Shown: one piece after another, positions 27,935 to 41,367 of the stretch | Layout: each line of letters opens with the position of its first letter | Position numbering within the stretch: position 1 is the stretch's first letter | Assembly (NCBI RefSeq): GCF_009914755.1 | Contig: NC_060937.1 | Strand: one strand, 5' to 3' | Length of the DNA: 64,000 nt | DNA from: the human T2T-CHM13v2.0 reference genome, Homo sapiens | Notes under the pieces: model-generated | What the model saw: only the letters and a program-made list of their open reading frames with translations | Database searches by the model: none | Told to the model about the DNA's origin: nothing | Made by a program: the position numbers and the translations under genes

Positions 27935-28685
27935 CCTTTAAGAATGTCTTCCACTTCTGCATTCTCCTCTCTCCACTCACAGATGTCAGTCTCGTTTAGA
28001 CCCTCAGCATATCATACTGGCTTTCTGTAAAATTCTCACCCAGCTTATCTCCCTCCATCCAGATTACCCCATGCATGTTGCCAGACTAATTTATCTTTTT
28101 CTTCTCCTGCTGAAAACATTGCAGTGGTGTTCTGTTGCCTTCTCTATTAATAGTAATTCCTTATCCTGGCACTCAAAGACTTCCACAATCCATCCCCAAA
28201 CTGTGTTTTCATTTTTATTTTCATTGGTTCCCTCTAAATATCTAGACTTGTGAGATATTAGCCTTATGTATTCTTAAAATGCATTTGGATCATTCTCTTT
28301 CCAACACTTGAAATACACCTTTCCTTCTCTCTGTTAAAACTGTTCAACTCTTGTCAGCCTTTCACCCACCACAAATAATATTTTGTCTATGTCAGCTCTT
28401 AGTAATCTCATGTCTTTGAATAGTTACACTTAACCTGTAAAACCGTGTGTGTGTGTGTGCTTGTGTATGCGTGTGTGTACTCATGCATTACCCAACAATA
28501 TCTCTTGTATTTTTGTCTTATTTACCTTATTTTTATTATTCACCTTTTCATCCATATATAATTTCACTCCCCAATTAGATTGAATAATCTCTACAAACAG
28601 GAATCTCATCTTAAACCTTGTACCCCCACTACAGCATCTGGTAAGTAATGAGCTTGGAATAGAGGCTCAATAAATGTGTATCGAA
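27935..28685 (+). mobile_element. LINE L2 3' region with internal (TG)n at about 28444-28478
   Basis: gttgccagactaattt; aaaacattgcagtgg; cctggcactcaaagacttccacaatc; gctcaataaatgtgt end. Confidence 0.7.
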
Positions 28686-29557
28686 CATACTGTTTTTCCT
28701 GAATTTGGGGAAGTTGATGTTTATTGCAACTCCAGATAAAGAACTTCCATTTGGCTAAACTAATCCTAAAAGAGTATTCCTTTCTATGAAGTACCTGGCT
28801 ATATAAAAAGAGGTGAGTTCATTCATTCTAACAGGGTTTGGGAAGAAAAGTCAAACATATCCTCTTTAAAATATCTTCCACAACAATGACTAATCAAAAT
28901 GAATATTCTTTTAAGACTTTTACAGAAATATGAAATTCTACATAAATTGGACTCTTCTTTGCCAGATTCAGGTTGCCGTAGTTATGCATCGTTCAATGAA
29001 CCTATGATCACATCTCCTGTGGGCAGTTTTAATGCTATACCATATAGGTATAATTTGAATTTACTTTTGGAAGTCACTTGCTTTGATATATTTTTGGTTT
29101 TCAATGTTTGTCTAATTCCTTCTTTATCACACAAATGCTGAATAAGAGCCTCTGAATAGATGCCTGATTACTTATGTTATTTGTTTATAGAAAAATAGCA
29201 TCAAAACAAAAACCAAAATGTTTCATCCATTTTATCTCAAACCATGTTTCCTGTGAGTCCTAGATGATGCTATGTCCTGTGATGGTTTCTGTTTTTAGAT
29301 ATTACTTCGGCTGGAAAGATCCACATGAGTTCAACCAAGTTTTCCACACTGCCCCCTAGATTATCCTTGATCTTATACTGGCAATTTCTGCTGGTCAAAG
29401 CTGCTGCTGTCTACGAATATTCTTTCTCGTCTTCTTAAGGCCTTTCCTAAAAATAAAGAAAAACAAAAACTTTCTCTGTTATGTTCACTAGTCACATACA
29501 ACACTTTCTAATGCCTTGGATTGCTAATTTTTCTGAATTCTACTCTAAGTATCTTGG

Positions 29558-30106
29558 TGTGATGGTTAATATTGAGTGTCAATTTGATTGGATTGAAGGA
29601 TGCAAAGCACTGTTCCTGGGTGTGTCTGTGAGGGTGTTGCCAAAGGAGATTAACATTTGAGTCAGTGGACTGGGAGAGGCAAACACACCCCTAATCTGGG
29701 TGGGCACCATCTAATCAGCTGCCAGTGTGTCTAGGATAAAAGCAGGCAGAGGAACATGGAAGGATTAGACTGGCTGAGTCTTCTGGCCTCCATCTTTTTC
29801 CTGTGCTGGATGCTTCCTGCCCTCGAACATCAGACTCCAAGTTCTTCAGCTTTTGGACTCTTGGACCTTCACCAGTGGTTTGCCAGGGGCTTTCAGGCCT
29901 TTGGCCACCGACTGAAGGCTGCAATATTGGCTTCCCTACTTTTGAGGTCTTGGGACTCGTACTGACTTCCTGGCTCCTCAGCTTGCAGACGCCCTGTTGC
30001 GGGACTTCACTGTGTGATTGTGTGAGTCAATTTGCCTAATAAACTCCCCTTCATATATTCATCTATCCAGTTAGTTCGGTCCCTTTAAAGAACCCTGAGT
30101 AATACA
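29558..30106 (+). mobile_element. ERVL (HERVL) solo LTR, MLT2A-like
   Basis: TGTGATGGTTAATATTGAGTGTCAATTTGATTGGATTGAAGGATGCAAAG...AACCCTGAGTAATACA; perfect TSD CTTGG at 29553-29557 and 30107-30111. Confidence 0.95.
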
Positions 30107-30212
30107 CTTGGGAGTCAGGATTGGGTCATATTTTGTCATGCATCCCTCTCAGGCCCTACTGCTGAGAGTAGATATTAGATGAAAATGTGATTTATTTGTT
30201 AACTGATTAGTT

Positions 30213-30400
30213 AAAACAGCTAACATTTATTGTGTACTTACAATCTTCAAGGCACAATTCTAACCCAATTAACCCTCAGAAAACTCTATGAGTTATGTAC
30301 CTTTATTTACTCCATTTTCATGATGAGGAAACTGAGGCTTAGCGAATTTAAGAGATTTACCCAAGGTCAGGGATCTAGTATTGTCTGGATACCAGGCTGC
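30213..30400 (-). mobile_element. MIR SINE
   Basis: acagctaacatttattg...ccattttcatgatgaggaaactgaggcttag...cccaaggtca. Confidence 0.85.
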
Positions 30401-30787
30401 TCTGCCAGCTGCTGCAGTCTCTGTTGTGCTACAGCTGTGTTACAGCTTCTGAAATTATTCTTTCTTACACATTTTTTTTTCTGCTGCTCTGTTTATACGT
30501 GTATTTCAGTTACAGCATTCTACTATCTTCTATGTTTTGTAACTATTAATTGAGCAAAACGTCTAATCTGAGAGCAGTGTTGCATTAAGTATGACTTCCT
30601 AACTAAATTGTGGCATTTTGTTTTGGGGATGTGGCAGCACCATTTCATCTATGACTGGCAGGTGATGAGGAAAGTGGTCAGACTTCGCATATCCAATAAC
30701 CTTGGATTTGTGTAATGTGTGATGTCATATTGCTTGAAATTCTAATTTTGTAGGAAGGAGTTAAAAACTGAATTCAGTGGAGGACCA

Positions 30788-31273
30788 TGTCATGGGGACA
30801 CAAAAGTTCTGTGCCACTTATATTGTGTGCCTTGATATAATGCTGAGGTTGGAATGCTAAAATTATTTTTCCCAGAGCCCCCTGCAGCTAGCATTCTTGA
30901 TGTGAATTAAATTCCATCAATCAGATATATTTCTGTGAGTCTTGACTACAGAACCAGATTAGTTTGGAAAAGAGGTGGAGTCAGTAATATCGATTTTGTT
31001 TATGCAGATTATGTCAACTGTAACAACCAATTTCTCAATCTCCTTGTCAGCTTTCTGATTCTACAGCTTCCTAGTCAAGGCAAAATGTTCATGGCAGCTC
31101 AGTTTGTCAGTGTTCTTCCTGGAAGTTCAGTCTAAAACCTGTTTCTCCGGTCCTTTTAACAATCCTTTTGCTGTTTACTACACTAGAATAAATCCTTTCT
31201 GCTTAATCTTGGTAGAGTGAATTCTGTTTTCTGCCAGTGACTCTAACTGATGCAACTGTGTCTGACTGATACA
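30788..31273 (+). mobile_element. ERVL LTR, LTR33-like
   Basis: gctaaaattatttttcccagagccccctgcagctagcattcttgatgtgaatta; aataaatccttttctgcttaa; ends CTGACTGATACA. Confidence 0.6.
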
Positions 31274-31477
31274 CTCTCTATGTTTAAGTGTTAAGTATTA
31301 AGCCAGCTTTTATAGATGTGTGCCTTAGCACAGGGAGGAAGAAACAAATCTTTGCTTTAGAATAAAATGTTTTAGGCATTGGTTATTTATTCCTGTTAGC
31401 AATCTTTTCATTATGCTAATAAAAAACACTTTAAAACAATGTGAATACTTCAGCATTGAGGTTTATTATTCTACTCC

Positions 31478-31575
31478 ATATGTATTTATTGAGTGCCTAC
31501 GCTGTGTCAGCAACAAGTCCTGGGGAGAGAGACACTGCAAAGAGCACAACAGATGGAGTCTCTACACACGTGTAA
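31478..31575 (-). mobile_element. L2 3'-end fragment
   Basis: tatttattgagtgcctacgctgtgtcag. Confidence 0.55.
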
Positions 31576-34500
31576 TTCACGGTCTTCCCCATCAACTTAC
31601 AGATTGAATCAACTTCTCATGCTCATTCATGGTTAGGTTGCCAAATCAGCTAAAAGTATTTCAAAAGCTTAAGAGATATTGATAATACCTCAGAATAGAG
31701 ATAGCTCATTTTGGCATTTAAATTGCTAATTTCAAGGGTGGCCTGCTTACTAATCTATAAAATGGGGATTTATATTTATCTCTTATGATATAAGGATGGT
31801 AAAAAATAGCTCATCATGGAGATGATTATGAATCACTTATATGTGGATAAATCAATTTAAAAATATCTATTTGGCTGTAATGAGGGGAATTGTAGTCATT
31901 GTTAACTCTCAGTACTAGTAATAATACAGAGAACCTGAGGAGAAACAATAAAATCTTTCCTCAACAGTGTGCATTCAAATGAAGCTCAGGTTGTTATTAT
32001 GCAATGTATATACCACTTAAATCATCCCAGTGCAGGAAAGCTCTATAAAAAGGGTCTATCAATTTATCTACAGAATGGCCATATGCAAAAAGAATATAAG
32101 GGAACTTTTCCATATGGTATTGAATTCATTCCAGTTTCAAGAGCAGGAATTCCAAAATGGACTATGCATACCATTTTGTGTGTTAAATTAGGAAAGAATG
32201 TGTAGATCTTTTCAGAGTATTCTCAGCCACAAAATGATTGAATTATTTATTAAACATTAAACAGTTTTATATGGGGATTGTCAAGCTTGATATTATTTAT
32301 TAGGTCAGTAGGTCAGTATAGGTCGGTATATACCCATCTAACCACCAAAATTAGAATGCATATTTTGTGTTTATTTTTGTAAAGCAGAAATAGGAAAGTA
32401 TAACTCTCGTTCTTTCATAGGGGATGAATGTTAAGAGGATGGAAAGGAGTTAACCTAAGAGTTAAGATCTTCATAGTAAAGCAGAAGATATTTGCGGTTG
32501 TCAGGAAAGTTGCATACGTGTGCCTATGTGCATCTACCTGTATGTATATTATTCTTCGGGTGGAGTGAAGATAGTAAGAACCTAAAAGATAGTAGAAAAT
32601 TCTCAGCATGGCAGTTGGAAGGGACAATAGTGATAGTGCGAAGGAAATAGAAGATGGCAATGCAGATCAACAGAGAGAGCTCAAATGTCATAAATAAAAG
32701 CATTTTTTCCTTAGGAATCTCTATTGCAAACAAGATACAATGCAATGGCCAAGAAATTAATGATGAAGACATCAAATATAGAAAATTGTTCTGAGCTTTA
32801 GACAGAATGGCACAGATCTCCCTTGTTTAGTTTATGCCTCCCCACCAGCCTCTATTTTCTCTCAAATGATGGTGAGTTTTATGAAGATTTGCACATCTCA
32901 GTGGGGATTTAATGCGATATTTAGCTTTGAGATACAACTTGTATTTGTAATGAACGCTGTACGGCTGAGAACATGTTATAACATTGAGTCTTATTTCTTT
33001 AGAAATCAAATGAATATAAAATATCAGAATATCAAGATGAGAACAAGATGCGTGTTTTTACTATTTAATAAAATTTTGTGTATTAATTTTGGAAGAATGG
33101 TTGAATGGATTAAATAATCAACATTAAAAGATAAAGTACAGTATCTAAAGCTTAGTAGATATTTTATACATCTTAGTAATTGTAGCTATAATTATAAGAA
33201 GCATAGATATAATCCCCTCTTTGCTACATGGGTTAGTGTCTAAAAACTCTTGGGAAAAGCTGAGCCATCCTAAATGTAGCTTTCTGCTTGTACGCCAGAA
33301 TCCATCACTGAGTTCTTACCTTATTGTATAGAGTCTGATAACAAGCAATAAAAGTTGCTTAGTAATCTAGTTTCTTCAAATTGAGATTCTATAGCTATAT
33401 TTCTATCCTTTTATATTCTTTGTACAACAAAATTGGAGTTCAGCTCCAAGGTGGAGTCCTACTACAAGCTGCTAATAAATCCTTCTTGAATTCCACACCT
33501 CGTCTACTTCCAAATTCCCTTGCTCTTGCCTAAGCATGCACACATCCTAAGCCTGCTCTTGACCTCTTGGGTGACATCTTATTGTCTGAAACTGATACAT
33601 CACTGTTTTCTCTCTTTCCTGAGAGAAGAGTGCAATAAATTGTCATTTTCAGCCATTTGGGAATTCTAAGTTCTTTTTAAGGACCTTCATTTGATTTGTT
33701 TCCTGGAAGCATATTTCTTGTATTCACCTCATCTGGACTGCTTTTTAATTTCCACTATGTTAAAAGGAGTGAGATAGAAGTGTTTCTCTGGTCATCTAAA
33801 GAACCTGTCCATCTGTGTGGTGACCCTAATGACCTTTATAAGACTGAAGAGTTTGCTTTAGAGCTCAATATCCAGGTGGGAATAAAAAGATGTGACATCC
33901 AAATGTAGCTTTCTTACTTACACTATCCAGACAGTGAGTTTGATTCAGTGATTTAACTTATCCAAGAGCCTATTTTCCCACTTCTATACTACATCATGTC
34001 ATATTATAGCCCATTATAAAATATATACATATATAAAGTTCAAATCATTTTGATTACTCATATGCTATATTATATTCATTCAATGTATTATCCTCCAAAA
34101 AAGACCCAAGGCTACCAACTGGCTAATATCCATCAAATACATCAAATTACTAGATTAGTCTTATTCTATCTTCTACTTACAGGTTTTCTAATTATTTGTA
34201 ATAAATTTTTTATTATTCTGATAATAAAATTAATGTATACTCCCTGTGGGAAAAGTTCAAAGAGAATAAAGAAGAAAAATGTCCTTAAGCTTAGTACCAA
34301 GCAATAACCAATGTTAGCAAAGACTTTCACTGATTATATTTAAGCTGCAAATTTCTACTTGAAGGTTGTAAATGATAGATTGTACTTTGACTTTCATTTA
34401 TCCTAAGACTTATTGACTTTTCTCTTAACCTTACCTTTGAATGTTAATTATTTTTAATGAGATACCAAACATCAGTAAAATAAACCATTTAGCAGCTATA

Positions 34501-35754
34501 AGAGTTAATGTAGTTTCAACCTACTATCCCGATGAATAATGATGGACTTTAGCCATGACATATATTCAGCATAATAAATCTAAATACAAGCTGTGATAAA
34601 ATTTCTCAAAAATCACAAAACTAAGAAATACCCTATATTCAACAATGTTTTTGTTCACTCTAACTTTATCGGCAATTCAGTATATCATTTGTCTTCCTAC
34701 TCCTGTCCCCTTTTTGTGTTTTTTAAACAGTTATTAATTTATAGTCTTAGCCACACTCCTTCACTTTACAGGGTAAGAAATTAAGACAGTGAAGTTAAGT
34801 AACATAAATAGTTAGCAGGACAATGAGAAACACCACAATTCTATTTGTTCTCCATTCATTGCATCGCAGCCTTTTATCTATGATATCATGCAGAGGAAAA
34901 TTAAATACATTTTAACTTATTTGAAACTGAATTTGTTTAATGCTTTTTTTTTCTCCAGCAGATTTGCAAGGGAGGTTCCTAGTTATATTTTTGTAGGCTA
35001 AAACTTGAATAAGTTTGCATTCTTAAAAAGTACACATGAATTAGGTGGGTGGTTGTGAAGGGAGGTAAAAATAGAGGATTCTTGTCTGGAAGTCCACAGA
35101 CATTTTTGGAAAAGGCCTCCCAACAAGATTAAAGATTCATCATGAGTAAGTCACAGGCAAATGTATGTATAAGTACCCGAGGCTTCTGTTGAATACATCC
35201 CACCTTCACTTCTCCCCTGCCTTATACACCCTTACTTCATACACACCCACCCTTTCCCTCAGAATAGGGCTGATATTTAGCATGTATGTATCAGCATGGC
35301 CATACAGATTGTTAATATTAATATTGGTTGATATATAGCTTCTTCCCTTATGTGTTATTTACTCTTGTACAGCCCCTCTACAATGTTGCTCTAGGATCCA
35401 GCAACTAAAGGGTTAATGACTCATGGAAGAGGAACTCCAGGACTTTGTCCCAGTGTTTCTGTTGTTTGCATTTACTCTGATTGTCTGATGCCATACCACA
35501 CTGTTGTTAGATACTTAATATCAATCTATACACACCAATATTTGTCTTCAATTATTTCCATAAGAACTTTTGGCAGAAGAGAAAAGTTGGATCAAAGGAA
35601 AAGTCAGAAAGGAAGAAAAAAGGCTGGAGAGGTGGAATGATGCTACCAAGCAGGGGAAAAGGTAGCACCAAAGCTAATGGTATTCTTCTAAAGTGATGTT
35701 GTGTGCTTGTGGACAGAAGAGGGCCCTTCAAGGACCTGATTATGGTGTGGCACA

Positions 35755-35890
35755 GAGTTGGGGATGAGGGCCTATTCCCAGGCCACACACAGAACTGCCC
35801 ACCACTTGAGCCACTGGAAGATTAGAAGTTAGGGTTCAAGTGGCGAGCGGTTCTGTGTGTGGCCTGGGAATAGGCCCTCATTCCCAATTC
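35755..35890. repeat. Long inverted repeat (58-bp arms, 20-nt spacer)
   Basis: 35755-35812 versus the reverse complement of 35833-35890: 52/58 identical; perfect 32-bp core at 35764-35795 and 35850-35881. Confidence 0.97.
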
Positions 35891-36129
35891 ATACACTTAA
35901 GCAATGGTAGTTGAATACTATCCTATTAACATTTTGATTTTCCCAGGAAAAGCTTATGCTTACTGGTTTTCATCTCTCTCTCCCTCTCTTTCTAATCAGT
36001 AAAAATTATTTCAGGCATAGACGGGCCTTAAATGCCACTCATTTAGTTCAAAAGTCCATCACATGGCCAAATCTCATTTCTAACGTACCTAACACCTCAT
36101 CAACCAGGGAAAGAGAAAGAAAAGTAATA

Positions 36130-36380
36130 CTATCTGTTGCATGCTTGCTCTGATTCTATATACTCTGCTATTGCTATGTGCTTTGCATACATTATTTAAT
36201 CCATCACATGAACCCTTCGAGGTAGATGTTTTTATCATCTCAGCTGAGAGACTAAGGATACTGAGTTCCAGAGAGGGTATAGATCAAGGCCATACAACTA
36301 GTAATGTGTAATGGCCAGAATCTGAGATCAAGCTTAGAATGTCCCATAGCCCATAATCTTTGCATGTCACCATTTTGCTT
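36130..36380 (-). mobile_element. MIR SINE (degenerate)
   Basis: gtgctttgcatacattatttaatcc...gaggtagatgtttttatc...caaggccatacaactagtaa. Confidence 0.7.
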
Positions 36381-36854
36381 CTGTAATGTGTGAACACCAC
36401 TTTTGGAAGAAGATCCCTACCTATGAAATAGGCCAATTTTATCCTTGGTCAGTTCCAAATTTAATGAGAGACCAGGAGATCATATTCTATCACATCTATT
36501 GAGTCGGGTATCTGGTGCAGATCCACTTTCCTTAGAGACATAAGCAGCTACTTATAAACGATCTCTACTCAAGCTGCACCAAAGTTACGCTGTCATTCTG
36601 GATTTTGAGTGACACAGCCTCAAGCTGAACCGCTGGATACTTTTTCAGGCTGACCAGCCCACCAATGAATATCCTAAATAAAGTCTGTGGTGATAACTCT
36701 CCCCCAGGGAAAGCCAATGTAGTTGAGAAGTTGCAATCATGCCTCACACCCACACTCTTGTTGCAATATACCAACCCACATTTGCCTGTTCATAGTTACA
36801 CAATTGTAATAGGCCTACTTTATGTTGGAGGATTCCCACTCACTCCAGGTAAGG

Positions 36855-37330
36855 GGCACATTTATGTCGAATTGAAATCTCTCTTCTTCTGACTTATGCC
36901 AATTTGTCCTGTTTTTATTCCTTGGGATCTTACAGAGAAGGTGTAATTCTTCCATACAATAATTCTTCAGATAATTAAAGAGTACCGTGCTGTGACCACT
37001 GAGTCCCGTCTTGTGGGTAAACTGTCATTTCTCCAAATATTTTATGCATGGCATGGTTTCCAGTGTCTTCCTCATCCTATATCTTGGTTTTGAATTTCCT
37101 TTAAATTCCTCTTAAAGGGCAGTACCCAGAATTTAGCAACATACCACTTAAAAATGGCCAGCTAAAAATAGAAACCACCAGTTTATATATTCTAGGCACT
37201 GAATAAAGCCTAAAATTACATGAGTTTTATTTGTTTGGTGTTTCTGGTAACACAATACCATTTCACTATATAGTGCAAAATATCACTTGAAATCTCTGGG
37301 TTTTTCTAATGCTTTTGCTAAGTCATGTCA
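36855..37330 (-). mobile_element. LINE L3/CR1 fragment
   Basis: tcttccatacaataattcttcagataattaaaga; catggtttccagtgtcttcctcatcct; cctcttaaagggcagtacccagaat match the reverse-complemented L3 3' region. Confidence 0.75.
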
Positions 37331-37354
37331 TGTTCTCTTCTTACTTACTTCTTC

Positions 37355-38092
37355 TTAATTAAACTTTGAGATAATTGTGCTTTCCATGCACTTGAAAGAA
37401 ATAATACAGAGAGATTGGTGGATTCATGTAAGAAAAAATAAAGTGAGACTTGTGCATTATTTACCTAGTTTCCTCCAATTGTAATAACTTATAATGTCAA
37501 AACCAGAATACTGACATTAATATAGTGAGGATATAGAACATTTCCATCACCACAAGTACCCAGCATGTTGTCCTTTTATAGCCACATCTGCTTCCCTTCT
37601 GCCCCCAACTATTCCTTAATCCTTGTCAGTCATTAAATTGTTCTCCATCTCTATAATTTTGTCATTTTAAGAATGTTGTATGCACAGAATTACAAAGCAT
37701 GTAATCTTTGGAAATTGGCTTTTTACACTTAGCATAATTCCCTGGAGATTCATCCACGTTGTTGCATAAATCAATAGATCCTTTCTTTTTATTGCTAAAT
37801 AGTACTCCATGGTATGGATATACCACAGTTTATTTAACCATTCACCTATTGAGGACATCTAGATATTTTCTAGTTTGGGGCTACTATATAGAAGGCTATC
37901 AAAGAAAATAGTGCACAGGGTTTTGTGTAAAAACAAGTTTTCATTTTTCCAGGACAAGTGCCTGTTTCTAATCCTCTTTGACAAAATGTATTTTCATATA
38001 TTTTACCTATTTTCTAATTGGATTGTTTGTTTTAATTGTTGAGTGTTTTCATTTGTTCTAGATATTAGTCCATTGTTACATATGCAGCTTGC
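37355..38092 (-). mobile_element. L1MC1-like 3' end
   Basis: tttgagataattgt...aagaaataatacagagagat...gaacatttccatcaccacaag...ccttttatagccaca; the minus-strand ORF WLNKLWYIHTMEYYLAIKR is the L1 ORF2 C-terminus. Confidence 0.85.
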
Positions 38093-38700
38093 AAATAAAT
38101 GAATTCAGTAAAGTTCCGGGATGCAAAATCAATGTACACAAATCAGTAGCACTGCTATACACCAACAGTGACCAAGCTGAGAATCAAATCAAGAACTCAA
38201 TCCCCTTTACAATAGCTGCCAAAAAAAAAAAAAAACTACAAAAAAAAAAGCAAACAAACTTAGGAATATATCTAACCAAGGAGGTGAAAGACCTCTACAA
38301 AGAAAACTACAAAACACTGCTGAAAGATTCATAGATGATACAAACAAACGGAAACACCTCCCATGCTCATGGATGGGTAGAATCAACATCGTGAATATGA
38401 CCATACTGCCAAAACCAGTCTACAAATTCAATCCAATTCCCATCAAAGTACCACCATCATTCTTCACAGAAAGAGAAAAAATAATCCTAAAATTAATATG
38501 GAACAAAAAAGAGCCTACATAGCCAAAGCAAGACTAAGCAAAAGGAACAAATCTGGACAAATCACATTGCCCAACTTCAAACTATACTATAAGATCATAG
38601 TCACCAAAACAGCATGGTACTGGTATAAAAATAGGCACATAGTGATGGAGCAGGATAGAGGACCCAGAGGTAAAGCCAAATACTTACAGCCAACTAATCA
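38093..38700 (+). mobile_element. L1 ORF2 fragment (late RT region), L1PB-like, disrupted
   Basis: [41 protein letters not shown]...[22 protein letters not shown] and [38 protein letters not shown] are canonical L1 ORF2p. Confidence 0.93.
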
Positions 38701-39770
38701 AGTATAGATGCCAGAGGGCTTGTCTCACTCTTCTTTCCATACCCCTAGTTTTTAGCAATTTATGTGCCTCCAGTGTGGGCAGCATCTTGCTCTCCTCTTT
38801 GTCTCTCCTACAGTGGCAGATCACTGTGGATCCCGCTACCAGAGGCAGGCTGATTTCACTTCTACCCTTTACTTGGTAGCCTAGGGTGCAAGGAGGATTG
38901 CTGTGCCTGCCCTTATGGCATTTGCTTCCTTTGAGTGAATGATCCAGGGAAGTGGGTGAAGTTTTGTATTAGGCCCCAGCAGCAGTGGATCCCTCCTTGA
39001 ATGCCTGCTCCAGTGAGAGCCACTTTCTCACTCTACTGCTTGCCTCCAATCTGTCCTGTAAGTCCTGAGTGCAGACCCACGAAAATGAGCCTAAGCATGA
39101 GTGTGCACACCCCTTCTGTCTGGGCTCCCAGATTCAGCAGTCCCCAAAGCTTTTTGACACCAGGGACCAGTTTTGTGGAAGACAATTTTTCCATGGGCAG
39201 CAGGGTTTGGTTTCAGGATGAAACTGTTCCACCTCAGGTCATGAGGCATTAGTTAGATTCTCCTAAGGAGCACGCAACCTAGATTCCTTGCATGTGCAGC
39301 TCACACTCGCAGTAGGGCTGGGGATCCTGTGGATCCTGTGAGAATCTAATGCTGCTGCTGATCTGACAGGAGGTGGGGCCCAGAAGGTAATGCTCTCACT
39401 GCTCACCTCCGGCTGTGCTGCCTGCTTCCTAACAGGCCATGGGCTGTACCATGGGTATCCCTGCTCTAAAGTGATATATGAGCTCACATGCAGCCCTTAG
39501 GCATATGTGAAAATGTGAAATGATTTCTTCTTACTTGTTTCTGCCGCTTTCTCCTGTGCCTTACCAAATCTGAAACAATTTGAGTTTCCTGATTTTCCTC
39601 AAGGAGGCCTGTCACTTTGGCATTAAATTCACTAGGTTGTCATGCAATCTCAGATTTCTGATGGTTTCCAAAAAAGTATGACTTTGTAAATGATTCAGCC
39701 TTTTCTTTTTGTTAGGATGGGAGCAATGCTATCTTGTGGCTTTCTAGTCCCTAAGTGGAAGTAGAACCTC
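38701..39770 (-). mobile_element. Probable old L1 (L1MC/L1MD-type) 5' UTR, interrupted by MER1B
   Basis: Ends ...ttgttaggatgggagcaatgctatcttgtggctttctagtccctaagtggaagtagaacc, resembling a reverse-complemented L1M 5' end. Confidence 0.5.
39135..39463 (-). mobile_element. MER1B hAT-Charlie element
   Basis: CAGCAGTCCCCAA...accagggaccagttttgtggaagacaatttttcc...gatgaaactgttccacctcag...ttcctaacaggcca...CCCTG. Confidence 0.9.
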
Positions 39771-39878
39771 CCAGGAAATGTGTCACACACAAATAACACT
39801 AACCAGAAAGAAGAAAAAATAATAATAAACTGGACTTTACAATTAAAAATTCTTATTTGTAGAAAGACATCACAAACA

Positions 39879-40198
39879 GGCCGGGCACGGTGGCTCATGC
39901 CTGTAATCCCAGCACTTTGGGAGGCTGAGGCAGGCAGATCACGAGGTCAGGAGATCGAGACCATCCTGGCTAACACGATGAAACCCCATCTCTACTAAAA
40001 AAAAAAAAAAAAAAAAAACTAGCTGGGCATGATGGAGGGCGCCTATAGTCCCAGCTACTCAGGAGGCTGAGGGAGGAGAATGGCATGAGCCCGGGAGGTG
40101 GAGCTTGCAGTGAGCTGAGATTGAGCCCCTGTACTCCAGCCTGGGCGACAGACGGAGACTCAAAAAAATAAAATAAAAATAAAAATAAAAAAAAAGAA
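39879..40198 (+). mobile_element. AluY with expanded central A-tract
   Basis: AluY diagnostics; 18-bp TSD agaaagaca(t/c)cacaaaca at 39861-39878 and 40199-40216. Confidence 0.95.
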
Positions 40199-40391
40199 AG
40201 AAAGACACCACAAACAGCATGAATAAGGAAGCCAAAAAGTGGGAGATGATCTTTTGTACATCATCTATAATCAACAAAGGTCTCAAATCCAAAATATAGA
40301 AATCCCACAAATAAAAAACAAGAAGACAGAAACCCCAACAGAAACATGAGGGAGAGTGAATAAGCACTCTCCACATAAAATTATTCAAATA

Positions 40392-40694
<303 letters not shown>

Positions 40695-41367
40695 GAATAT
40701 CCAAATAGCTAGTAAACATACTAAAAGTACACAACCTTATTTGTGATCAGAGAAATGCAAAAGAAAACCACAATGAAATACCACTACATACAGAAGAATT
40801 GCTAAAATTAGGAAGATGGACAATACCGTATATTGGGTAGATCCATACAGTGCTTTTGAAGGTGGGGATGTATTGGTGCAGCCACTTTGGAAAAGGGTTT
40901 GATATCATCTACTAATGTCGAATGCATGAATTCACTATGATGTAGCGATTCCTCTCCTAGGCATACAACAAACAGAATTGGGTGTGAGAAGGTGCAGATT
41001 TGTGTGTGGATATTTATACTGGCACTACTCTTAGTAGCCAAACTAGAAACAACCCAAATGTACCACAGTAGAATGGATAAATACATTGTGGTGACTTCAT
41101 CCAATTGAATATTATGTAGCAGTGAGAATGAGCTACATCTATACTTGACAACATAATGCTGAGCAAAAGAGCCAGGCACAAATGAATATGTAGTACATAA
41201 CTGTGTTTAAATAGCATCGAAAACCAGGCAAAACTCATCTAGGATATTAAAAGCCAGAGAAAGAGTTATCAAGGGAGGGGATTGGGCACTGTGAATGGAC
41301 AGAGGCTTGGGGAGGCTTCTGAAACACAGGTGACATTCTCTTTATTGATTTGGAACAATACGTATGT

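Noticed and set aside
38089-38707. RT-like ORFs as an active retroelement
   Set aside because: Short, frameshifted internal L1 ORF2 fragment.
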